Origin: Ophelia neglecta
Lineage: Eukaryota
Reading direction: 5' to 3'
DNA: 64,000 nucleotides
NCBI GenBank assembly: GCA_965285935.1
Contig: OZ260662.1
Coordinates: 48,918,001-48,982,000 of the forward strand
Shown here: positions 1 through 12,700 of the stretch, in pieces
Position numbering within the stretch: position 1 is the stretch's first letter
Layout: each line of letters opens with the position of its first letter
The notes under the pieces: generated by a model
The model's input: only the letters and a program-made list of their open reading frames with translations
Databases searched by the model: none
What the model was told of the DNA's origin: nothing
Made by a program: the position numbers and the translations under genes

Positions 1-1689
1 GTTCAGCAAGTCATTCAAGGTAGGAAGATTACCATCTTAAATAAGCCTGGTTAGAGCTTTGTGTAATTCATAGCATCTCATGAGCCATACCCAAAGGCAT
101 TAAAGCAGGGTCCAACTCTTCTTATCTCGCATTCCCGGAGTGCAAAGATTTACAATATGTTCTGAGGGACTGAGTATAGCGATAAAAACAGAGACAGAAA
201 GAGCAGGACTCATTTTGCTATGTAGGCTCTGAAAGTCGCAGCACATGTGCCGGTAAAAGCCGGCTTTCAGATTTACAAACTCTAAAAATATATGCTTACT
301 TAAAGGCTTCTCATATACACGTCATGATGACTTCAAAAGAGCTATCTCACTGGTGTCTCCATTGCATATTGGGTGCTTTTTCCACCTTGACCTATTGCAA
401 TAGGTCGAGTTCACCAGGAATACTTGTGTAGGCAAATTACTACTGATCGCAAAACTTAAAAAGTTATAAAGAAATCGCTGACGGGACCTTAGTGAATAAA
501 TGAATGTGGTAACCATGCATGGTTAAGGCTAGATGATATCTCCGGTAACTCTCATATCCAGATCACTTTTATTAACCTAGTCATTGTAGCAGTTTTGCAA
601 TGTGGTCTGACTGTATACCGTCTGAGGAAAATTGACCGGTCCCAGTTCCTTTTTATATTTTGCAGCATGCGTGGCTCTGCCTTCTTGGATGTGTCTGAAA
701 CGTCCCCTCATTTATGATGTGAAACAAAACTACTGACCCTTTAAAACATATTCATGACTTTAGTGAGAGATTTGACAGGGACATGCGACTGTGTGTCTAG
801 TTCAAAGCTCCTCTCCAAAATTTTGCAGACTTACTATCTAACTGGCGGACTGTAACAGCATTCACTATACTACGTTCACTGTACCATATTGAAGATTTGC
901 CCTATACCAATCCAATATCCACAGTCTACACTCCAAATTAATAGTAAACGATTGCCCTGGTATAAGTATGCTTCCATTTGCAAGTATGTGTGTTCCTAAC
1001 TGCAGAGAAGGCAGTGCCCTGCTCTGATTGGCTGTGCCATGAAAATTCTGGTGACTTAATTAGGCCAAGGTCAGTCGGGTATTGATGGAGGCTGATGTAA
1101 AAGATCATGAAATGTCAGCCAGTGATAAGTACAAAAATATGCGAAAGTCACCTGGATAAAAAGGTGAAAAGACCATGAAATATCTGGGACTCCATTACTG
1201 ATAGAGTTGGTCTTTTAAACTTGACAATAGCTTTTTAAGGACCTTAACTTGAACTTGGAGAATGGTCCACAATAAACGGCAGGAAAATTAATCAAGGAGA
1301 CTAGTTCAGGTTAGAGATGCGAAGTAGAATAATTCTTGGCCAAAAAATTGACCACTGGTGTCACTTGATACAGGGAAATCAGAATTTCACTTCGAAATGC
1401 CATTTGCCGATCAGCATCTAGTAGCTTTTCTTTACATTATTAGTATTAATACAGAGAAGTCCGTGGTGCGAGTAATGTTATATAACTCTTGATAGGCCAG
1501 CTTATAGCCAACTGTGTTGTTTACTGTCTGATCACAATCACCAGGTCAAACAACAAGCTCCTGTGCTGTAAGGTTTGGGAAGTAGTGATTTTAATAATAT
1601 GGAGGGCAACAGCCAGTGGGAATTTTGTGGTATTTGAGTGTTTTCTTCTAGCAGAGAGGGTGGTCCACCCATCCTTTTTGATTAGATAA

Positions 1690-2786
1690 ATGGGATGTAC
1701 AGCACCAGACCCTGCATGGGATGTGCCGCACCAGCCCTACATGGAATGTGCCAAACCAGACCCTACATGGGATGTGCCGCACCTGCCCTACATGGGATTT
1801 GCCGAACCAGGCCCTACATGGGGGTGTGTCGCACCAGGCCCTACATGGGGTGTGCCGCACCAGCCCTACATGGGATGTGCCAAAATCAGACCCTACATGG
1901 GATGTGCCGCACCAGGCCCTACATGGGGTGTACCTCACCAGCCCTACATGGGATGTGCCAAACCAGACCCTGCATGGGGTGTGCCGCACCAGACCCTACA
2001 TTGGGTGTGCCAAACCAGACCCTACATGGGATGTGCCGCACCAGGCCCTACATGGGGTGTACCGCACCAGGCCCTACATGGGGTGTGTCGCACCAGACCC
2101 TACATGGGGTGTGCGGCACCAGACCCTACATGGGATGTGCCGCACTAGGCCCTACATGGGATGTGCCGCACCAGACCCTACATGGGATGTGCCAAACCAG
2201 ATCCTACATGGGATGTGTCGTACCAGACCCTACATGGGATGTGCTGCACCAGACCCTACATGGGGTATGCCGCACCAGACCCTACATGGGATTTGCCGCA
2301 CCAGCCCTACATGGGATGTGCCGCACCAGACCCTACATGGGATGTGCCAAACCAGATCCTACATGGGATGTGTCGTACCAGACCCTACATGGGATGTGCT
2401 GCACCAGACCCTACATGGGGTATGCCGCACCAGACCTTACATGGGATTTGCCGCACCAGCCCTACATGGGATGTGCCGAACCAGACCCTACATGGGATGT
2501 GCCGCACCAGCCCTACATGGGATGTGCCAAACCAGACCCTACATGGGGTGTGCCGCACCAGACCCTACATGGGATGTGCCCAACCAGACCCTACATGGAA
2601 TGTGCCAAACCAGACCCTACATGGGATGTGCCGCACCAGGCAATACATGAGATGTGCCGCACCAGACCCTACATGGGATTTGCCGCACCAGCCCTACATG
2701 CGATGTGCCGAACCAGACCCTACATGGGATGTGCAGCACCAGCCCTACATGGGGTGTGCTGCACCAGGCCCTACATGGGGTGTGCC
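1690..2786. repeat. Minisatellite, 25/26-bp unit (CCCTACATGGGATGTGCCGCACCAGA), about 42 copies
   Basis: Head-to-tail copies read directly; source of the overlapping ORFs at 1648-2889. Confidence 0.97.
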
Positions 2787-3617
2787 TCAGCGGGCCTGTT
2801 GCCAGCCTAGCTGCTTCCATATGGACGGCTGCATGCCGTGCTGACAAGAGTTTTGCTGGCTGAAGTAGCCATACTCCAGTAAAGGCCAAATAAATACATT
2901 ATAAGCAGCTTTAAGGCCACGCCTTGAACTATACTGGAGTGTTTTCAACAGATTTAATCATCAGGATGCTTTGGCAATATGCCCACTATGTGATTAGACC
3001 AATGTACTCAAAATCATGTTGATGTTGTTTGAAATGGCGCTACAAATTTTATGTAAATTAATGACCACAAGCTGTACTTTGATGAGTTCAAAGTTGGGTA
3101 ACCTTGGCTTATTCCTCATTATTCTGAAACAGTAGTATTAAGTGTAGAACTCCCATGTCCCCACACAACGGGGCATATTAACAGCCCCGGTCATATTCCA
3201 CTTGTTATTTCATTGTCTGTATTGTAAGACTGGATAGTTCTCTTCTCATGCATATTTTACTTGTAGTTCCTAGTTGGCCTTGAAGCTGAATGATTTTATT
3301 AAGATGAGCAAAGAAAAAGCTAACTAGTACAGAGGTGTCAAGCAATGTGGTTATAAGTAGAGTGAGCATGCACTAGTCATTATGACTTGTGTCGGAACTC
3401 TTTTTATGGGAGACAGAAATGATATATATTTTCCCTCTCAATTTAGTGAAGAAGATGACTTGACACCTTTGTAAAATTTTAATGAAGCATCATTTCTACT
3501 GCCATTTATTCATTGAGCCCTTATTTGGATGGAGTTATCTTTTTATAAGTAACATTTCTTTAATGTAGTTTTTGATATACTGAGTGATATTTCTAAGCCT
3601 GCGTATAATTTATTTAG

Positions 3618-3795
3618 GGGTGAGAGTGGAGGTGGATTCTTTGACTGAGCGATCCAAATCCAAGGTGACATTTAGGGCTATGACCGAGCCCCAGTCCCCT
3701 GCTCTCGTAGACTATTATGAGTGGAACTTTGGCAGAGACTCTCCCAAACGCTCATTCTCCCATGTGGAAAGCTATGACTACAACAGAGCTGGAAA
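3618..3795 (+). CDS. PKD1L1: Exon A (phase 1-2): PKD domain, GVRVEVD...YYEWNFGRD...SYDYNRAG
   Basis: Acceptor tatttag|GG, donor AA|gtaagt; WNFG PKD core motif. Confidence 0.9.
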
Positions 3796-6700
3796 GTAAG
3801 TCAATTTGTACTTTAATAGGCTTATATCCTTATTATGTTTGGAGTAGGACACATTTTTACATTTTTAACCCCCCTCTCCTGCACCCTATCCTAACATTTT
3901 TTCGGCAAAATTCAACATTAAGTCCGACTAGTCAGACTGGCCAGTATCATGTCAGTCAGTACTCCAGTCTGCTTTCTTATGGAATTGCCAGTTAAAAGTT
4001 GAATAGAATCTGCCAAAACAAAGTGGGCTAAATTGAGGATAAATGGCTAATATGCCAAATCTGTTTGCCATCCGATTAATTTTCTTGTTTTACACTTATC
4101 CAAAAGCCATAATTTTAAATTGCTTGGCAGTTACTTTCTTAATGATATGCATTAACTTGTTCATGGGTGCATGTTCCAATTGTTATCGTTAGAAGATGTC
4201 TCAGTCTCCTTAATATTATTGTGTCAGAAGTGCAGGGATGTAGAATTGTACTTCTTTTCACAAATTCATTTTGTGATAGGAATCTTAGTGATCAAGCTGC
4301 ACAATTGCTTTTGGTTGAATTTATATCCCACCAACCATGGATCAGATAACAAGACATTGACCCTGTAAGACTTTCTACCAATCAAATTTTATATAAGGTG
4401 ATATGAATCTATAGTTCAATTGCGGTCTGCTGCGGAACTTGAATGTGTTCAGCATTTAGAGATTGGACTACATTGGTCAGTTTATTTTCTCTTTCTGCTA
4501 GGTACACAGTGACAGTTAAGGCCCTCAACGGCTTGAGCATGGTGATCTCGGAGCCAATAGAATTACTTGTTGTCGAGCCCATCAACGACCTCAAGATAGA
4601 CATCACCACCATAGATGTAGTCATCAACAAAGGGATCAAGTTTCTGGCACACCACTACGAAGGAAGTGATGTGAAATATTACTGGAACTTTGGAGACGGA
4701 GAAACCTTTAACACATCCGGCTCACAACTCGTGATACATACTTACAATAGGTAATACAAAAGGCAAAGATCAGGTGTTTTTTTTACGAAGCTTTGCAATA
4801 AACCTGAAATGAAATAGAAAATAGTAATGTTTATTAAGATGTTCTTAAAATGATTAAGCAGAAATTGGAGTACCAAGGTGATATCCTATTTTTATTAATA
4901 AGCTAATTGAAGTGGCATGAAGCTTAACTTGCTGAGTGACATTTCTGTCAGTGTAGCCTATTAAGTCACTAGTGTAATATAGGCCCCTGATCATGTATAT
5001 GTATTATCCAGGACTGCAGAGGTGTACGTGAGTGTGGTGGCCTCCAACCCTGTGAGTAGTAAAACCGCCCAGGTCCGGCTCTTTGTGTTGACCTCCCCGT
5101 GTAGGCCCCCTGACATCACCATACTGGGCCCCAAAGACTCCTCCAGACTGGTAGGTGGCCAACTGCTCATCTTGCCTGGCTCCATGCATATTGTATCTAG
5201 TGATTTACTTTGATGGAAACAGCTCACATGCTCATATTAGATGGAAATCACCCTTCAGATAATGAGAATTTAATGATGCGGAAACTATTGGCAAGCTTGA
5301 AGGGAGCATGCAGCAGATAGTGACACAGGGCATGTTCCACTTTCTTCAGTTATGTCATGAAATTTGCACTGACAATTAGATTAGGCTCACTGATCTTATT
5401 TCTCGTCCATGTTTCTAGATCAAGAAGTCTCAGCCCATCAAGATTGAAGCAGACGTGAAGATTAATTGCAGCATCACCTCTCAAACGATATACTCATGGT
5501 CCATCCACAACCGGACTACGCACAACATGACCTTTAACCTGCCCAAGAACAATGACCCAATTCTCTACCTGCCGAACAACCCACTGCCATACGGGGACTT
5601 CTTTGTTGAGCTCAATGTAATGTAGTCTGATTATCTTCTGTCTTTCCTCCGTAAGAGCACGTTTTGTTGCACATCTGTCTTCTTTATGGATTTTATCATG
5701 TGCCAAATGAGAAAAATAAAGCTATTATTTTCCTGTTTTTTATTGTTAATATTCATATATCTATTTGTGTTGACAGCTGAGTCTAACCTAGGCTGATATT
5801 AAGATATAATCTAAAAATGTGTGTTTCATTTTTCAGAAAAATCATTTGAAAAAAAATATTAAAAAAATGAATCTACTTGGGCATTGAGGCAGAACAGCTG
5901 TTCTGCTTTATAACATTTAAATGTATCTGTACTGTGCCAATATCAACACCAAATGTAATATAAATCTTGTCATTACAAGGTTTATTATGTTAACCTGCAT
6001 ATTTATAGTTGAACTTGTGTTGCTACAGGTTGTAATGAACAAAACCATAGTGTATGCCAGCCAGCGCTCTAACTTTTCTGTCGTACCCAGTGAATTACTG
6101 GCAGTAATCTCCGGAGGGATACAGAAAATAGCCAGTCGTAGTGAAAATGTCATATTGGATGGCTCTGAGAGCTACGATCTTGATCAACCCGCAGCCAAAG
6201 ACTTCAGGTACAGTAAATCATTACTTTGTCCCTTTTTTTTGCCCCATGCATCCTCCCATTTCCTCATGAAAAAAAATCTTGATTGTATGTATTTGACCTG
6301 TCGTCTGCTGACACTGCCATGCCCTCCACCAGTCACCTTGGAAATACTTAAAACTCAGCAACATATTCTGCCGGTCACCTTTTTTTAATATTTTAGATTT
6401 ACCTATTTAATTTTTCCCTGCACAGAAAAATTTCCATCATACTGAATACTGATAGGAAGTTATATGACAGGTACACCAAACACACTGATTACTGATAGGA
6501 AGTCATGAAAGGTACACCAAACATACAGAATACTGATAGGAAGTCTTATGAAAGGTACACCAAACATAGTAAATACTGATAGGAAGTCATGTGAGAGGTA
6601 CAACTAACATACTGAATATTGATATGAAGTCATATGTTAGGTCCACCAAACTTACTAAACACTGATAGGAAGTCACATGATATGTAACCCAAACATACTA

Positions 6701-9700
6701 AATACTTATACACTGATAGGAACGCATATGAAAGGTACACCAAACACAGTAAATACTGATAGGAAGTCATATGATAGGTACACCTAACATACTGAATATT
6801 GATAGGAAGTCTTATGTTAGGCCCACCAAACATACTGAATACTGATTGTCTGTTAGGAAGTCATATGACAGATACACTAAACATACTGAATTTTAATTGG
6901 AAGTCATATGATATGTACACCAAACATACTAAATACTAATTGTCTGTTGGGAAGTCATATGATAGGTACACCAAACATACTGGATACTGTTAGGAAGTCA
7001 TATGCAAGAAATCTAGATGATACCTGGGAGTATAGAAGGGAGAGGGATGTGTCATACTTACCCTGCCCACCAGACTTCAACTTTCTCCTTATTGTTTTTA
7101 TTGCAAGAAAAGTTTAATATTTCATAATATGAAAGTAAGGATTCTAATATGCATATCATTCATCAGGTGTTATTGCCTTGTAATAACAAGAGTTTTCCCA
7201 ACTTATGCCTTCACCTTTTGCCACTTCAAACAGGCCAAGGGAACATACAAAAAATTATACAGTCACATTAATAGGATTAATCTAACAACAAATTCATCCA
7301 TACAGAGTAGATTGAACAGGTGATGTCTTTGAAATTGCCCATGGAAGCCCATGTTAGCAAAAAGGGGAGAATAAAAAATTACAAAACTGTAGTGCAATAT
7401 TCATACATATTTTATTATGGCCCTGTAATTGCCATGGGGGATTTCTATGGATAAGGGAAATTATAAAAATGGTGTGCCTCAAATAGGACATAAGATATCA
7501 AGAGGTCTCATTGCCGAATTTCCTGTGTTAAAGACAAGATAGGTTTGCTTTGATGGATGAATCTTCAAGGGTTTCAAATTGCATCATTTCTTAGTTTGTA
7601 TTGTCACCTCTCTAAGACGTGTGGAGACATATTTTGTTGGCTCCAGTAGTAGCTCATCTGCTAGTTGTTGGTTATGATTCTGAAATGTACATATAGATAA
7701 GCTAAGGTGAAATTTAATTTTTACATATACAGTAAAACCTGCCTAATCAGGTCAGGCGGGAGACTGGAAAAAGGTGACCACATTATGTAGGCGACCTTTA
7801 TAGGCAGGCCAGTTAACACAGGCACAAATGGGGATTGGGCTATCATGTAGTGACCTTAGTGGGCAGGGACCTAATTAAACAGGGGACCACAAACTTAAAT
7901 TTCACTGTATAACAAATTTCCACTTATTTTATTTGGGGGCCTTTCAAATTGGACCAATCTAGGATTAATTTTCTTACAGCATCTTACAGTGAGACCTTCA
8001 GACTTGACTTGACATTTTCTTTAAAGTATTAGGAACATTATCCTGACTAGAAATTGTATGCAAATCTCAGTTTTGGGGAAGCAAAGAGTGGCATTATATA
8101 TCTTTGCTAGCATTTTTTGTTTTACAAATTTTTTAATGTGGTTTGAAACAATGTTCTCTTTTGATAATGTACCTGTTTTGTTTTCCAGTTATCACTGGGA
8201 ATGCTGGGAGTTCCAAGACCCTGATCAGCCATGCTTTGACCTGGCCAATGGCTCCAAATCATTGGGTAACCAATCACGGCTAGCTATCCCAGGTCATCAG
8301 TTCAAGGCCAATGTCAACAGTTTTGTTTTAAATCTGACAGTTTCTAAACCGAATCGCACCCCAACCTGGACCACCCAGGTCCTGGACATGAAGACATATC
8401 CTTTACTAGAGTAAGTTGACTATATTCTTGCAGATTCCAAATATAATGTACATATATCTATATATATAATCTTCAAGTCCAGTTTTGAGTATTAAATGCA
8501 GTGAGTTATAAGTAAAAAGAGGGAAAATGTGCACTCAAAATATTTGAAAGGACAATGTCGAAACTGCAGTATATAGCCAAGCATTTTCTGCCACTAGGGC
8601 CATGTTATTGGGAATGTGTTTGGTGTATGTATAAACATGTAAGTCAAAGCTGTCTTTATTGTGTGTCGTTTAATTGTTCGAAGAGACAGATTTGCTAGCA
8701 CCTATTTTCTATGTTTCCTTTCATTAATCATGAGAACTGGTGATTTTATGACGGAGATGGATTGGCTTCCTTTCCTATGTAGGCTACAGCCTATTAAGTA
8801 AAGTCAATCAAAATTGACACATAATTTTTTGCGGAGTACCCAAAGTGGCATGGATTAGTGTAATTGATGGATAGTTGTTATAATGTTAGGTAAGATTGGT
8901 GTTAGGCATTGCCAGCTTTCAATTTATACTCTGGACGTGACTTAGGCCACATTTTCATCTTATAGCATCAGCATTTCCTGTGAGCAATGCAATGATGGCA
9001 TAGTGAACTCAGATGAAAAGTTGGTACTCACTGCCAACTTCAACCACGATTATGACGAGTCGGAACTCAACTTCCATTGGATGCTGTGGATTGTTGCCGA
9101 TGGAAATGACCTGGTAGCCATGATCCCAGCTAGTGCCCATAACTCTGGAGCCTGTGTGACCCCGGACGGACTTACCTACTGGAGGATGATGCACCCCAAC
9201 CACAGCAGCACGGCAGTGCCCACCGAACGCGGACCTTCTTGTAAGCAACCCAATCTTTGTACCTAGGATCTGCATTAAAACCATTGCTGAAAATTGGATT
9301 AATATAGACTGAAGTTGGGCTGAGAGTAGCTAAGTGTTAAAACTCCAAAGTGTTCAGGTTGCATGTTGCTTTCAAACAGTACTAATTTGATAGTGATTTA
9401 AATTATTTCAGCCACCACAGGGTTGACTCAGATCAGCACTACCACTACCACTTCAACAACAAGCACCACTCCTCCCTCCCCTGGGGCAGGCTGGCTTAGC
9501 CCGGATGAGGGTTCCAGCGGAGGTCGTGGGTCCTCGGGAGGGCGAGGCTCAAGGGTGCCAGACCCTTATCCATATGGAGAACCTGCCCCTGGGCTGGGCA
9601 TCCCCATGTCAGAAGGGGGTGATGGAGGGTCCAGGGACTTCCAGCCTAAAGAAGGTTAGCCAGCTGCACTCAATAACCTGCTATATCTGATCTACTTTTT

Positions 9701-12700
9701 TAAATTGTTGTTCCATCCACATCTCTTTTGAAGAGACACATTTAACTGTCTCGATCATTAATGTTACATCATTAGCATTTTCTAAAGCTGAAACCCATTT
9801 AGGTATGAAAAAGCAAATAAATAATTCAATTGCAAGTCAGTGACTATGAAGCTAAACACTTTGATGGGATTTGATTGCTTTCAATAAATCAGAATTATTT
9901 CCTTCAGATACCAGTGGAATGCGTCAGCCAGGAGCCCTGGGCCCAGGGTTTCCTCCAATGGGAGAAGGCCTTCCTGGGGTGGCTGGTAGCTCGGGGAGTA
10001 GACAAGACCGTGGGGGTGCATACCCCCCTATGCCTACAGGCCCAGGGCCCAGTGAGGGCCCTACGGAGGGCAGAGGTGGAGGCAGGGGCTATGGCAGTGG
10101 ACAGAATCGTGAGTGACCTCAGCCAAAACCTTAAAATGTTTACTTCCAAAACTTTCTGCAAGAAATATCCGACTCTGTAGCCGATTCCTGAGGTGATTTA
10201 TATATGTGGACATCAATTTGGCTGATGATTGAAGCTGAAAATTCAATGAGATTAAAAGCCTGAGTTTATGGCTTGCCTGAAGCAAGATTTGTAAGAGGAT
10301 TTGGATTATTGACATTGGCATTTCAGCCATTACAAGTCCTGAAAGGATGTTGCTTTTAAGAGGAGGGAATGGGTAGGCAATTTAACCAGCTTTAATTGTA
10401 GAAACATGTGAAAGATATAGATTGCAGAAAGTTGCCAATCTTCCAAAACATAGTTTTGGTTTATTGGTGTATTCGGTATCCCTGACAAACTTTGACATAT
10501 AGCTGCCAAGCTGTCTTGATGAGGGCTTGGTTGTGCCCAATTAGGTCAGCTTTTAGGGATCTTGCTGATTGACTAAAAGCTTGAATGCAAATAACAGCAT
10601 TAGTCTTCATAGCAGATTCCAGTCCAGGCTTGTTCTGGGTTTCCCTGATTAACGTTGTTGTAATCTTTGCAGCATTGATTTTGTTGCATTATTCAACTTG
10701 CAGCAGTTTCCACATGGGGTGATGTAAGAGACATGTTTACGCTGAAAGTTTACTTAACAATCCATACTCGCTTCCTCTCTCTTAATGTTCTAAGTCACAT
10801 CTGACATCTGCTTCGTACTCAGCGGCCATTGTAGGAACTCCTCAAGATGTTAAACAATTTTATTTGTTCACAGATTATTGTGCCAGCATGCGCAACACCA
10901 AAACCGTGATTTACTATGCAATTAGTTGTACAATATGGATGCGATGAGATTTCATAAAATATTACTGCCAAATTTGTCATTGCAGGGTTTCTACCCTGAA
11001 TGAATAAAAGAATGAATAAAAATGTAGTGAATATTAGTGCATGATCAGTGGCCAAAGTTAATAAAATAAATTGGATTTGTTTTGGCAATGAGCTTACTTG
11101 TAAGCATGTCAAGCGAACCTCGGGAGTTTGCCTTCAATCTGTCTGTTAATTTATTGGAAGAGATTCATACTAGTTTGTTTAAAATGTGGATTGTCATTAG
11201 ATTAGTTTTTTTGGGAAATGCTTTAGGTAATCCATCATTTATTTGTGGGAGCCATGTCCTTGATTGTGATCAGTTTGCCGCCAGCTCCCATCCCGCCAAA
11301 CCATCACTTCCTGTATTTCAGAGCCACACATCTATACTGGCACAGACAGGCTTTAAATTAATTTGAATTGATTTGTGCTAAATGCTCATTCCTGCAGTGA
11401 TTGGGCTGCCCAGTTTTAGATCCACCACACTGGCAGACATTTTATCTGGCTCCAGAGTTTATTTTGTAGTACTTTTTACAGTAACATCTAGTAGGCCCAT
11501 TTATTTCCTTCTCAGTTGAATATAAATTAGTTCTCCGGCTATTTAAGGCAAAATAAGAGCTACCTTGGGTAGTCATCTAAAGATCATGATACCAGTGTCA
11601 ATATTTTGTGGTCATTCTGAGAAGAAAGTGACATCATTAAAGCCAATTTCTAGGCAGCTTCTCTACGTGTTTTTTTTGTAATGAAAAGTTGCATATAGCG
11701 CCTGAGCTGCCAAGAAAGAAAGTAAGGAGGAGCTCGCAGCTGAATGTATGACCTTTACTGGTATGTTTGATGACGGAAGATTATTTTTAAAGTCGGATTT
11801 TCAGATTTATGGCTTTGTGCATTGTAAAAGATGTTTTCTTCCAGGAGTGACAAATGAATCACAATGATAATCCTTGGTAATCCCAGGTGTATACAACCAA
11901 TTGCTCGTCTGTGATTGAGTAATTAGCATGGGATAAAGACCAGTGGCTGGCCTGATTTGGGAATCTAACCTCCCATCACTAGGGAAATGTATAGTAATTC
12001 CTTTTAATCATGTTCCCTAACATGTACTCCTCAGTCCTCTCTGGCTCAGAAATGTGCTTCAGGAACACCATTGCCTGTCATACTTCTCATAGTGAGTGAA
12101 GCTATTGTATTATGCCCTAAAACTCACATCAAAAGAAGAGCAGAGTTTACTAGCAACTCAATGACTAGGATCTGGCCCAGTCTCAAGTTTGACAGGAGAA
12201 AGTCACTGCTGGCTGGGGCAGAGAAAAATAGCTCACCCGAAAATCTGTCCATGAATATGGTAAAGTGCATTTCATTGGGTAGCGTTTCAACTATATTAGA
12301 TTACTGAATTTGATTTGCTCTTGCTGTATTGAGCCACATGAAAACAGTAGCAGAAATATTTACTATTGCTCTACTTCGGAAGTGAAGGAAAATTCAAATC
12401 AGCTGGCGGATCAATCAGATATGTGACTGGGCTTAGCGTTGACGCCCAGCACATTGTTTACTTCTCGTGGTCAACTGTTTAATGCATTCAGGAGATATTC
12501 TATAGCGTGGCTGGAACAGTAAATATCTACATGTCGATTTTCTCTCGAGTCTCAGCACGTTATTTTAATTTTGCTGATCATGTAGTCTTTTAGGTAGACA
12601 GTATAGGCTTCTGGAGATTTTTCAGGATCTCCCCAGTGGTAGGGCTTACTATACAAAGTGAACAGGCCACTCCTCTCCATGCTATTGTTTTTGTTGGTTT

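Noticed and set aside
1648-2889. Overlapping ORFs up to 371 aa (CRTRPYMG / PDPTWDV repeats)
   Set aside because: By-product of a 25/26-bp minisatellite; the same peptides rotate through all frames, with no splice or domain support.
11165-11250. Minus-strand GLPKAF...HILNKL resembling the LINE RT motif D..KAFD...H..L..KL
   Set aside because: Key Asp residues are missing, and the flanks have stops and no other RT motifs that I could align.
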